This document shows, one piece after another, positions 31,441 to 40,226 of a stretch of DNA of 64,000 nucleotides. Within the stretch, counting starts at the first letter, position 1. Every line of letters begins with the position of its first letter. Source of the DNA: Eubacteriales bacterium (GTDB lineage: Bacteria > Bacillota > Clostridia > Oscillospirales > CAG-272). A program made the position numbers and the translations under genes. The notes below the pieces were generated by a model. The model had not been told where the DNA came from. It saw only the letters and a list, made by a program, of their open reading frames with translations, and searched no databases. The stretch is from assembly GCA_045588245.1 (NCBI GenBank), contig JAZNDW010000001.1:204338-268337 (forward strand), written 5' to 3'.

Positions 31441-31483
31441 CACCGATGAATTTTTGATCATCGGTGATGCTTTCGTATTTTTC
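31441..31483 (-). terminator. terminator after the GH13 gene (end of the glg operon)
   Basis: On the minus strand, AAAGCATCACCGATGA pairs with TCATCGGTGATGCTTT (a 16-bp stem), followed by TTTTTCAC. Confidence 0.85.
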
Positions 31484-31500
31484 AAATATTAAGCATCATT

Positions 31501-33483
31501 TTATCTGCTGCAAAGAACGGTAGCGCCGACTTTTGTTGAAATAATCGCGCCGCTGTCGCGGCTGAACGTGATGCGGTCACCGTCAACGGTAACGTCACCC
31601 GTTGTGTAAAGGACGTCGTATTCGTTGCGGTTTATCGTGAGCGTAACGTGACGTTCACCGCGATTCGTCGCCGTATATACCGTTTCTTCATCGTTTCCGC
31701 GTCCAAACATTAAAAATCCTGGAACACCGAAGCGGCAAAGATAAAGCTCTCCGTCATCGTATACACGATGAGCGTGTCTGATCGCGCCAACGGCGCGGAA
31801 ATGCTCAATCATGGATTGATTTTCGCGTCCCCACGGGAACGGCATACGGTTGAACGGATCGGTATACCCTTCCATACCGGCTTCGTCGCCGTAATAGATT
31901 GAGGGTATTCCGGGAATCGTCGCATTGATTAGATACGCGAGCTTAACGAGGCGCTCGCCTACCGTGTATTGCTCGGCTGTCATGCGCTTTTTAAGAAGCT
32001 CTGCATTTGTGTAGCCGTCGGGGCTGTCGCCTGCAAGCGCCGTTATGATACGCAACGTGTCGTGCGTGCTTAACAGATTCATGAGTGCATGAACGACTTC
32101 GTCGGGATAATGCTCCCAAATGGTGTGAAGCGCCAAAATCATGCCGTCGGCATCACCATCGCGCAGATACGAAATGAGCGCCGAACGAACGGGATAATTC
32201 ATAACGGAGTCGAGCTGATGCCCTTGGAAATAGTGTCGGCGTACTCCGTACGCGATCTTACACGACGCATCCTCCCAAACCTCTCCGATAACGAGAGGAG
32301 AACGCTTATTCCCTGCTTCTTTCGCGCTTTCATGAACACGTGCCGTAAGCTTTTCAACGAACTCATCGGAAAGCTCGTCAACGACATCGAGACGCCAACC
32401 GGAAACACCCATCGACGTATAAGTGTCGATTATGCCGCCGTCGCCGTTGATGTACTCCAAATAATCGGGATCGTTACTGTTGACACGCGGTAAGATCCTG
32501 ATACCCCACCACGATTCGTATTCATCGCGTGTGGCACCGAACGAAAACCACTTATGATACTTGGATTTTTCGGAGTTATATGCGCCGAGGTTCTTATAAG
32601 TGCCCTCAAGGTTGAAATATTTGCTGTCGGAGCCCGTGTGATTGAAAACACCGTCGAGAATAACGGCAATCCCACGCTTTTTCGCGGCTATGATGAGTGA
32701 TGTGAGAGCACGCTTACCTCCGAACATTGAATCGACCTTTTCAAAGTCGCCCGTGTCGTACTTGTGGTTGGAATGCGCTTCAAAAATCGGTGACAGATAG
32801 ATAGTCGTAACGCCAAGCGACACAAGATAATCAAGCTTGTCCCGCACGCCCCACAGATCGCCGCCGAAAAACATATCGTTTGCCACGTGAGCACCGGGAT
32901 ATTCGGGATACTGCGGCTCGCCGCCGTACCAATCGTCATTCATTATGGCATACGGTTTAGGCACGGTCTTACCCGATTTATTAAATCTGTCAATGAAAAC
33001 ATGATATATGATACCGCCATACCAATCAGTAGGGGCGGGATAATCTCGTTCGTAAACGGTGAGCGCAAACGCGCCGTCACCTCTGTTATCGAAGCAAAGC
33101 TCGCAAAGTCCATCGTGTGCGGACTGAATAACGCGCGCTTTTGCTGCGTTTGTTTGAAAATCGAATCCAAAATAAAACAGTCCTACCTTCAACCCGAAGG
33201 AATCGGCAACGTCGCTCATAGCGAGCGTTACGGCAAAAATGTCGCGTCCCGACTCATGAGCCGTCCACTGCATCGGATATCTGTTGGCAGCTCCGCCCGA
33301 TTCGCGCCAGATATACATAGCTACGTCGCGCGGATGCGTCGTTCGCGGCAATAAAAGCTCATAGCGGACAACATCGCTGCGCTTATGCGCTCCGTGTGCT
33401 GTGTATTTTGATTTTCCGTCTTTAATGATGTATCTGCGCAATTCGGGGCGCTGATACAGAGGTTCTATCGAAAAGTTACTCAC
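31501..33483 (-). CDS. GH13 alpha-glucan hydrolase, neopullulanase/cyclomaltodextrinase-like
   Basis: The GH13 conserved regions are VILDGVFNHTG (I), GWRLDVVDEL (II), IGEVWED (III) and LLSTHDTLR (IV). The GTG start is 6 nt after AAAGAGGAG. Confidence 0.85.
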   Translation of the reverse strand: MSNFSIEPLYQRPELRRYIIKDGKSKYTAHGAHKRSDVVRYELLLPRTTHPRDVAMYIWRESGGAANRYPMQWTAHESGRDIFAVTLAMSDVADSFGLKVGLFYFGFDFQTNAAKARVIQSAHDGLCELCFDNRGDGAFALTVYERDYPAPTDWYGGIIYHVFIDRFNKSGKTVPKPYAIMNDDWYGGEPQYPEYPGAHVANDMFFGGDLWGVRDKLDYLVSLGVTTIYLSPIFEAHSNHKYDTGDFEKVDSMFGGKRALTSLIIAAKKRGIAVILDGVFNHTGSDSKYFNLEGTYKNLGAYNSEKSKYHKWFSFGATRDEYESWWGIRILPRVNSNDPDYLEYINGDGGIIDTYTSMGVSGWRLDVVDELSDEFVEKLTARVHESAKEAGNKRSPLVIGEVWEDASCKIAYGVRRHYFQGHQLDSVMNYPVRSALISYLRDGDADGMILALHTIWEHYPDEVVHALMNLLSTHDTLRIITALAGDSPDGYTNAELLKKRMTAEQYTVGERLVKLAYLINATIPGIPSIYYGDEAGMEGYTDPFNRMPFPWGRENQSMIEHFRAVGAIRHAHRVYDDGELYLCRFGVPGFLMFGRGNDEETVYTATNRGERHVTLTINRNEYDVLYTTGDVTVDGDRITFSRDSGAIISTKVGATVLCSR

Positions 33484-33548
33484 GTCGGACTCCTCTTTTG
33501 TTTTTTGACAATGGGGATATTCGACAAGTTAAATGCGAATCAAATCCC

Positions 33549-33583
33549 AAAAACTCACGTATGGGGGAGCGGAGCTCCCCCAT
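33549..33583 (-). terminator. internal (probably partial) terminator between glgP and the GH13 gene
   Basis: On the minus strand, ATGGGGGAGC pairs with GCTCCCCCAT with a 3-nt loop, followed by ACGTGAGTTTTT. Confidence 0.55.
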
Positions 33584-33612
33584 CGTGCATTTATGATATT
33601 ATGAGGTTACGA

Positions 33613-36039
33613 TTAATAAATGCTCTTGGCATTCCAGATGTTTTCCGCGTAATCCTTGATACTGCGGTCTGCGGAGAAGTATCCTGCGCCTGCAATATTG
33701 AGCGCGGACTTCTTGTACCATACGCCGCTATTCTTGTAGTCGTTAAGTGCTGCAAGATAAGCGTCGCGGTAAGAATCGAAGTCAGCCAGGCACATGTACG
33801 GGTCTGCTACGCCATGACCGAGCAGGAAGTACTGCATCATGTGCGCGAAAGACTTGCCGTTGAGACCTTCGGACAGCGTATCTACAGCCTTACGGATGCG
33901 TTCGTTACCGTAGTAATACTTGATGGACTCATATCCGTTTCTCCAAAGCTCATCAACCTCATTGGTACGCAGACCGAAGATGTAGATGTTGTCGTTGCCG
34001 ACAGCCTGAGCCATTTCAACGTTCGCGCCGTCGAGTGTTCCGACGGTGAGCGCACCGTTGATCATAAACTTCATGCAGCCCGTGCCGCTTGCTTCTTTAC
34101 CAGCAAGGGAGATCTGTTCACTGATCTCGGAAGCGGGCATAAGAACTTCAGCGGTGGAAACCTTATAGTCTTCAAGATATACTACTCTGATACGGTCGCG
34201 AAGTTTGGGATCACGTTCAATCTCAGCAGAAAGATTCCAGATAAGATCGATAACGTCCTTTGCGGTGTAGTAGCCGGGAGCTGCCTTTCCGCCGAAAATA
34301 AACGTCTGCGGCGGCAGGTCGGAGTTCGGATTTTCCTTGAGCTCACGGTAGAAGGAGATGATCTTGAGCACGTTGAGAAGCTGACGCTTATATTCGTGCA
34401 TACGCTTAACCTGAACGTCAAAGATGCTGCTCGTATCAAGAGCGATACCTGTCTTATTGTAATAGAACTTAGCGAAGCGTTCCTTGTTTTCAAGCTTGAT
34501 ACGTGCGAGCTCATCGTGGATCTCAGGCTTTTCCGCAAATGCGGCAAAGTCAGCGAGCTTTGCGGAATCCTTCTTGTATCCGTCACCGATCGTTTCGTCG
34601 AGAAGCTTCGTCAAACCGGGGTTCGAATAGCAGAGCCAACGTCTGTGAGCGATACCGTTAGTAACGTTTGTGAACTTTTCGGGGGTATACTTATAGTAAT
34701 CGTGAAAGATGGTTTCCTTGAGGATCTCAGAGTGGAGAGCCGAAACGCCGTTTACCTTCTGGGAAGCGACGATAGAAAGGTTAGCCATTCTTACCTGACC
34801 GTAACCGATGATGCTCATGCGGGAGATGCGTCCCCAATCTCCGGGATATGCGTTCCAGAGGTCTGCGCAGAAGCGGCGGTTGATCTCACAAATGATCATG
34901 TGGATTCTCGGCAGCTTCAGGCGGAAGAGGTCTTCATTCCACGTTTCAAGTGCTTCGGGAAGAACGGTATGGTTTGTATAGGAAATGCAGTTTCTTACAA
35001 CTTCCCAGGCATCGTCCCATGCATAGCCGTATTCATCAAGAAGAATACGCATCAGTTCGGGAACAACGAGTGCGGGGTGCGTGTCGTTGATGTGGATAGA
35101 AACCTTGTCTGCGAAGTTGGAAAGTGTTCCGTACATGGAAAGGTGATCCATGAATACGCTCTGAAGCGATGCGGAAACGAGGAAATACTGCTGGGTGAGG
35201 CGGAGGAGCTTACCTTCGGTATGTTCATCGGAGGGATAAAGCACCTTGGTGATGATCTCCGCATTGGTATTCTGCTGCATTGCACGGATATAGTCACCCT
35301 GCGAGAAGAGATTCATGTTGAAGTTCTGGGTGATTCCGCGTGCTCTCCAAAGGCGAAGCGTATTAACCGCTTTGCTGTCTGCGCCCGAGATCATAAGGTC
35401 ATATGGCACTGCCTGCACTTCTGTGCAATTTTCAAGATACGTGTGGCAATGTCCGTCTTCCCACGTTTCGTTAACGTGACCGTCAAGCTTGACCGTCATC
35501 GTTTTGTCGGTACGGGGCACGAGCCAGCATTCACCGCCGGGGAGCCATACGTCAGGAAGCTCTATCTGCTGGCCATCAACGATCTTCTGACGGAAAAGTC
35601 CGTATTCATAGCAGAGAGAATATCCGTTTGCAAAGTAACCGAGGGAGGAAAGCGAATCCATGAAGCAAGCTGCGAGACGACCGAGACCTCCGTTTCCGAG
35701 GGAGGGATCGGGCTCGTATTCATAAAGATCCTCAAGATCTACGCCAACGTCAGCGAGAACTTCTTTGTAGTCTTCTGCCATGCCAAGATTGCAGAGATTG
35801 TTCTTAAGCTGTCTTCCGAGAAGGAATTCCATACAGAGGTATACGACACGCTTGCCTTCTGCCTTTTTCATATCCTTTTTATAATCGGAACGCATTGACG
35901 TGAGGTGTTCCTTAACCGTCAGAACGGTTGCCTTATATATCTGGTCTTTCGTCGCATCGGCGGCGGTGGTATTAAAATGCTGTGAGAGCTTTCTGTTCAG
36001 CGCGTCTTTGATTTCGCGCTTGGTCATTTTGATGTTCAT
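33613..36039 (-). CDS. glgP: glycogen/maltodextrin phosphorylase (GT35)
   Basis: The PLP-lysine region EASGTGCMKFMINGALT is present, along with N-terminal YLCMEFLLGR. The product is 808 aa. Confidence 0.95.
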   Translation of the reverse strand: MNIKMTKREIKDALNRKLSQHFNTTAADATKDQIYKATVLTVKEHLTSMRSDYKKDMKKAEGKRVVYLCMEFLLGRQLKNNLCNLGMAEDYKEVLADVGVDLEDLYEYEPDPSLGNGGLGRLAACFMDSLSSLGYFANGYSLCYEYGLFRQKIVDGQQIELPDVWLPGGECWLVPRTDKTMTVKLDGHVNETWEDGHCHTYLENCTEVQAVPYDLMISGADSKAVNTLRLWRARGITQNFNMNLFSQGDYIRAMQQNTNAEIITKVLYPSDEHTEGKLLRLTQQYFLVSASLQSVFMDHLSMYGTLSNFADKVSIHINDTHPALVVPELMRILLDEYGYAWDDAWEVVRNCISYTNHTVLPEALETWNEDLFRLKLPRIHMIICEINRRFCADLWNAYPGDWGRISRMSIIGYGQVRMANLSIVASQKVNGVSALHSEILKETIFHDYYKYTPEKFTNVTNGIAHRRWLCYSNPGLTKLLDETIGDGYKKDSAKLADFAAFAEKPEIHDELARIKLENKERFAKFYYNKTGIALDTSSIFDVQVKRMHEYKRQLLNVLKIISFYRELKENPNSDLPPQTFIFGGKAAPGYYTAKDVIDLIWNLSAEIERDPKLRDRIRVVYLEDYKVSTAEVLMPASEISEQISLAGKEASGTGCMKFMINGALTVGTLDGANVEMAQAVGNDNIYIFGLRTNEVDELWRNGYESIKYYYGNERIRKAVDTLSEGLNGKSFAHMMQYFLLGHGVADPYMCLADFDSYRDAYLAALNDYKNSGVWYKKSALNIAGAGYFSADRSIKDYAENIWNAKSIY

Positions 36040-36069
36040 ATGGGTTCTTTTGTAATCCTACTTTTGTAA

Positions 36070-37494
36070 TTATAGATTTTCATAAAGCTGCATATACTTT
36101 TCGGCAGAAGCAGCCCAAGTGAAGTCAACCTTCATAGCACGGCGCATGAGCGACGTCCAACGCTTCTTATCTCTGTAAACAGATGTCGCATAACGAAGCG
36201 TATGGAGCATATCGTGTGCGTTATAATTCGTGAAGGTGAATCCGTTGCCCTCGTTTGTATATTCGTTATAGGGCTTGATGGTATCATAAAGTCCGCCCGT
36301 TTCACGAACGATCGGCACCGTACCGTAGCGCGATGCGATCATCTGCGAAAGTCCGCAAGGCTCACTCTGCGACGGCATGAGGAAAATATCCGCGCCGGCG
36401 TAGATCTTTTTGGAGAGCTCGCGGTTAAACTGAAGCTGTGTGGATACCTTTGCCGGATAACGGCGGGCAAGCTCGGAGAAATAAACCTCGTATTCGCGTT
36501 CGCCGGTTCCGAGAAGAATGAACTGTACGTCGTCCTCGAGGTATTCCTCGATGACGCGCTGTACCAAATCAAAACCTTTATGCTTTGCCAAACGAGATAC
36601 CATAGCAACTATGGGAGTGTTAGGCGAAACGGGAAGTCCTACAAGACGCTGAAGGTCAGCTTTACATTCACGTTTGCCGGAATACGCTTTTGCGGTGAAG
36701 TTCTTCGCAAGGATAGCATCCGTTTCGGGATTGTAAAGATCATAGTCGATACCGTTGATGATACCGGATACCTTTTCACGGTAAAGTCTTAACACATGAT
36801 AAAGTCCGTGTGAATAAAACTCACTTTGGATCTCCTCAGCATAGCGCGGAGATACCGTTGAAACAGCATCGGCGCATACGATAGCCGCCTTTGTTAAGTT
36901 TATTGCGTTGTCATATTCAATGATACCGCGGATGTTTGTGCCGAGGCCGAATACGTCACCGAGGCTGTCAATGCCGTATACGCCCTGGTACTCGATATTA
37001 TGAATCGTGTAAACAGCCTTGATTTTGCTGTATCTTTCATCCTTCGCATAAAGCGTTCGGAGATAAAGCACAGCGGAAGCGCTCTGCCAGTCGTTGCAGT
37101 GGAGAACATCCGGGAAATAACCCGTGATGTTCATGAGCTCAAGTACAGCCTTTCCAAAGAAAGCAAATCTTTCGCCGTCGTCAAAGCTACCGTAGAGGTT
37201 CGGACGGTTGAAATAGTACTCGTTATCGATGAAATAGTAAGTAACGCCAAGGTGCTCACGCTTGAAAAATCCGCAATACTGCGAACGCCAGGAGAGCTTG
37301 ACTTCTGTATTACCGAGATAAGTCATCTTTTCTCTTTCCGCTGCTGTAACTTTGCTGTAAAGCGGAATAACGACACCGATCTCGCTGTCGGGATATTTCG
37401 CTTTAAGCGCTGCGGGAAGCGCGCCGAGCACGTCACCGAGACCGCCTGTGGCGGCGAACGGAACGGCTTCGGAGCCTGCAAATAATATCTTCAT
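36070..37494 (-). CDS. glgA: glycogen synthase (ADP-glucose type)
   Basis: MKILFAGSEAVPFAATGGLGDV is the KTGGL-type motif. The start is set at ATG 37494. Confidence 0.94.
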   Translation of the reverse strand: MKILFAGSEAVPFAATGGLGDVLGALPAALKAKYPDSEIGVVIPLYSKVTAAEREKMTYLGNTEVKLSWRSQYCGFFKREHLGVTYYFIDNEYYFNRPNLYGSFDDGERFAFFGKAVLELMNITGYFPDVLHCNDWQSASAVLYLRTLYAKDERYSKIKAVYTIHNIEYQGVYGIDSLGDVFGLGTNIRGIIEYDNAINLTKAAIVCADAVSTVSPRYAEEIQSEFYSHGLYHVLRLYREKVSGIINGIDYDLYNPETDAILAKNFTAKAYSGKRECKADLQRLVGLPVSPNTPIVAMVSRLAKHKGFDLVQRVIEEYLEDDVQFILLGTGEREYEVYFSELARRYPAKVSTQLQFNRELSKKIYAGADIFLMPSQSEPCGLSQMIASRYGTVPIVRETGGLYDTIKPYNEYTNEGNGFTFTNYNAHDMLHTLRYATSVYRDKKRWTSLMRRAMKVDFTWAASAEKYMQLYENL

Positions 37495-37549
37495 ATAGGT
37501 TCCTTTCATTTTAGGATTTTATGGTGCAGCAAAGAAATAAGTGACGGAC

Positions 37550-38683
37550 TTATATCATTTTTCCCTTTGCTACATAAATCGGCATGGACTGTGCGCCCGA
37601 GAGGGTCACACCGTCGCGTATAACGACGTCCTTGTCGGTTAAAACATAGTTAAGCGATACGTTTTCGCCTGTGAACGTGTCCTGGAAAAGTATCGAGTTT
37701 TTAACGACCGTGTTCTTGCCAACCTTAACACCGCGGAAAAGTATAGAGTTTTCCACGTGACCTTCGATAACGCATCCGTCGGCTACAAGAGAATTCTTAA
37801 CCGTCGCGTTGCCTATGTACTTCGCGGGAGCGGAGTTTCTTACCTTTGTATAGATCGGACGTGTTTTTTCTCCAAAAAGCGCATTACGTGCATCAGCGTC
37901 TGTAATAAGCTCCATTGAATGCTCAAAATAATCGGTAAGCGAGGAAATAACGGCAAAATATCCGTCGTAACGGTATACGCGGAAGTTGCCGTGACCGAGG
38001 TTGCGGCCGATGATGTCGCGTGTCATACTGACATAGTTATGTGCAACAGCATCAAGAACCATTGTCTGCAGATAAGCGCGGCTCATAACGACGATGTTCA
38101 AAGAAACGTCTGCCTCGCCCGAGAAATTTGTCGGGTAAGCCATAATGTCGGTAACGTTTCCGTTCTCATCGGAGGTGTAAAGCGTGTTGATCTTTGCCTT
38201 TTCGGGGGTAAGATTCATGCGCTTGACGGCGATCGTCATATCGGCGTTATTTTTGATGTGGTCGTTGATAATATCATTCAGGTCGATGTTGCAGATAACG
38301 TCGCAGTCAGAGAGGACTACGTAATCGTCCTGAATGTGAGAGATAGCGTCTGTGATGCCCTTGAGTGCCTCAAGACGGGTTGCATAAAGTGTGTTTCCGG
38401 AGTTTGCAAATGCGGAAACAAAGGGTGGCAGGATCTTGATACCGCCGCGAGCACGCGCGAGGTCCCAGTCCTTACCGCTTCCGAGATGGTCCATCAGGGA
38501 GTGATAGTTATAGTGCGTGATAACATCGACATTCTTGATGCCGGAATTAACCATGTTCGACAGAGTAAAGTCGATGAGTCTGTATCTGCATCCGAAAGGG
38601 ACGGACGCGATAGTACGAAGGCGGGTAAGCTCCGAAATGTTGGAGTCATGTATGTTCGAGAAAATAATACCGGTAGCAGACAT
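37550..38683 (-). CDS. glgD: glucose-1-phosphate adenylyltransferase, regulatory subunit GlgD
   Basis: It is a paralog of GlgC that lacks the GGxGxRL motif (GIIFSNIHDSNISELT) and has a left-handed beta-helix C-terminus. It sits between glgC and glgA. Confidence 0.88.
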   Translation of the reverse strand: MSATGIIFSNIHDSNISELTRLRTIASVPFGCRYRLIDFTLSNMVNSGIKNVDVITHYNYHSLMDHLGSGKDWDLARARGGIKILPPFVSAFANSGNTLYATRLEALKGITDAISHIQDDYVVLSDCDVICNIDLNDIINDHIKNNADMTIAVKRMNLTPEKAKINTLYTSDENGNVTDIMAYPTNFSGEADVSLNIVVMSRAYLQTMVLDAVAHNYVSMTRDIIGRNLGHGNFRVYRYDGYFAVISSLTDYFEHSMELITDADARNALFGEKTRPIYTKVRNSAPAKYIGNATVKNSLVADGCVIEGHVENSILFRGVKVGKNTVVKNSILFQDTFTGENVSLNYVLTDKDVVIRDGVTLSGAQSMPIYVAKGKMI

Positions 38684-38725
38684 AGCGTTCCTCTTTCCTT
38701 TTAATTAGTTTTTGTACTCAAAGAT

Positions 38726-39916
38726 TTACTGCAAAGATGCGTTTACCATTTCGCCTGCGGCAACAACTGTTCCGTCTTTCAGCTTGAGGTTTGCGCCGAT
38801 AAGAGCAATTCCTTCAGCAACTTCTTTCGGTCTGCCGACAGAAGAATCTTTTCCGATTTCTGTGCCGCTGTCAATTATTGAATAATTGACGTTACTGCCG
38901 GCACCTATTCTGACGTTCGACATGATAACGGAGTCCTTAACGTACGCGCCTTCTTCAACGATAACGCCGTTGGAGAGGACGGAGTTTTCAACAACACCGT
39001 AGATCTCGCAGCCTTCCGTGATAAGCGAATTCTTGATATCAGCGTTTTCGCCTGCGAAATGAGGTGCTTCTGCATTATTTCTCGAATAAATGCGCCAATC
39101 ACGGTCGTGGATCACGAACGTAGGCTCTGCACCGAGAAGATCCATGTTTGCTTCCCAAAGGGAATCTATCGTTCCGACGTCTTTCCAATATCCGCGGAAA
39201 GGATATGTATACATACGCAAGCCGTCGTTGAGCATCGCAGGAATGATGTCCTTACCGAAGTCGTTGGAGGAGTTGGGGTTATTTTCATCGCGGCGCAGAT
39301 AGTCGGAGAGAACTTTCGCGTTGAAGATGTAAATACCCATGGAAGCCTTCGTGCTCTTCGGCTTCTTCGGCTTCTCTTCAAATTCGTAGATTCTTCCCTC
39401 TTCGTCTGTATTCATGATGCCGAATCTCGTAGCCTCTTCAAGCGTTACTTCAAGAACTGCGATCGTGGCATCAGCGCCGTTGCGCTTATGCTCGTTGAGC
39501 ATTTCGTCGTAATCCATCTTATAGATATGGTCGCCGCCAAGAACGAGCACATAATCAGGATCATAACGTTCGATGAAAGCAAGATTCTGATAGATAGCAT
39601 TTGCTGTACCGCGATACCAATCGGACGAGGTCTTTCCCTGATACGGCGGAAGAACCATAACACCGCCTGTGTTACGGTCAAGGTCCCAAGGCTGACCGTT
39701 GCCGATGTACTCATTGAGCACCAAGGGCTGATACTGTGTCAGAACACCGACGGTATCAATACCGGAGTTGACACAGTTAGACATGGGAAAGTCTATAATG
39801 CGGTATTTGCCGCCGAACTGAACGGCAGGTTTAGCGGTCGTTTCGGTCAGAGTATAAAGTCTGCTGCCCTGTCCGCCCGCAAGAAGCATGGCTACACATT
39901 CCTTTTTCTTGTACAT
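38726..39916 (-). CDS. glgC: glucose-1-phosphate adenylyltransferase
   Basis: LAGGQGSRL and [10 protein letters not shown] are present, with a hexapeptide-repeat C-terminus. The RBS is AAGGAG. Confidence 0.95.
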   Translation of the reverse strand: MYKKKECVAMLLAGGQGSRLYTLTETTAKPAVQFGGKYRIIDFPMSNCVNSGIDTVGVLTQYQPLVLNEYIGNGQPWDLDRNTGGVMVLPPYQGKTSSDWYRGTANAIYQNLAFIERYDPDYVLVLGGDHIYKMDYDEMLNEHKRNGADATIAVLEVTLEEATRFGIMNTDEEGRIYEFEEKPKKPKSTKASMGIYIFNAKVLSDYLRRDENNPNSSNDFGKDIIPAMLNDGLRMYTYPFRGYWKDVGTIDSLWEANMDLLGAEPTFVIHDRDWRIYSRNNAEAPHFAGENADIKNSLITEGCEIYGVVENSVLSNGVIVEEGAYVKDSVIMSNVRIGAGSNVNYSIIDSGTEIGKDSSVGRPKEVAEGIALIGANLKLKDGTVVAAGEMVNASLQ

Positions 39917-40106
39917 GGTAGATTCTCCTTTGAATAGTTTTTTCGGATAATTGTTTTCTTGGTGAACGATTCCGAAAGCGTCGGGAGCGTCAGCAACCTC
40001 CCGATTTTTGTTTTTTCTGCCGCTTTCATTCTAATAATCTATCTTTCGCATAAAAGCCTGCCATGTAGATGGGCACAATACGAGTAAGTATAAATTATCG
40101 AATAAT

Positions 40107-40135
40107 ATTATACTATATTTAACACGAAATGGCAA
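40107..40135 (-). promoter_or_regulatory. sigma-70-type promoter of the glgC-glgD-glgA-glgP operon
   Basis: On the minus strand: TTGCCA (40135-40130), a 17-nt spacer, then TATAAT (40112-40107). This implies a leader of about 180 nt. Confidence 0.65.
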
Positions 40136-40177
40136 GAGAGAGTTTACGCCCTTTGCCGATTTTATTCGTATTTTTTC

Positions 40178-40219
40178 GCAAAAATCAAAGGGAGCACGCC
40201 ATTTTGCGCTCCCTTTGAT
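40178..40219 (-). terminator. terminator after leuS
   Basis: On the minus strand, ATCAAAGGGAGC pairs with GCTCCCTTTGAT, followed by TTTTGCG. Confidence 0.75.
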
Positions 40220-40226
40220 AAAATAT

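Noticed and set aside
33505-35898. 797-aa plus-strand ORF, the longest plus-strand ORF in this part of the window
   Set aside because: It lies entirely antisense to glgP and exactly codon-registered with it. The translation is low-complexity-like (V/I/L/F/C/K-rich) with no motifs, no RBS and no promoter. It is explained by the absence of TTA/CTA/TCA codons in glgP.
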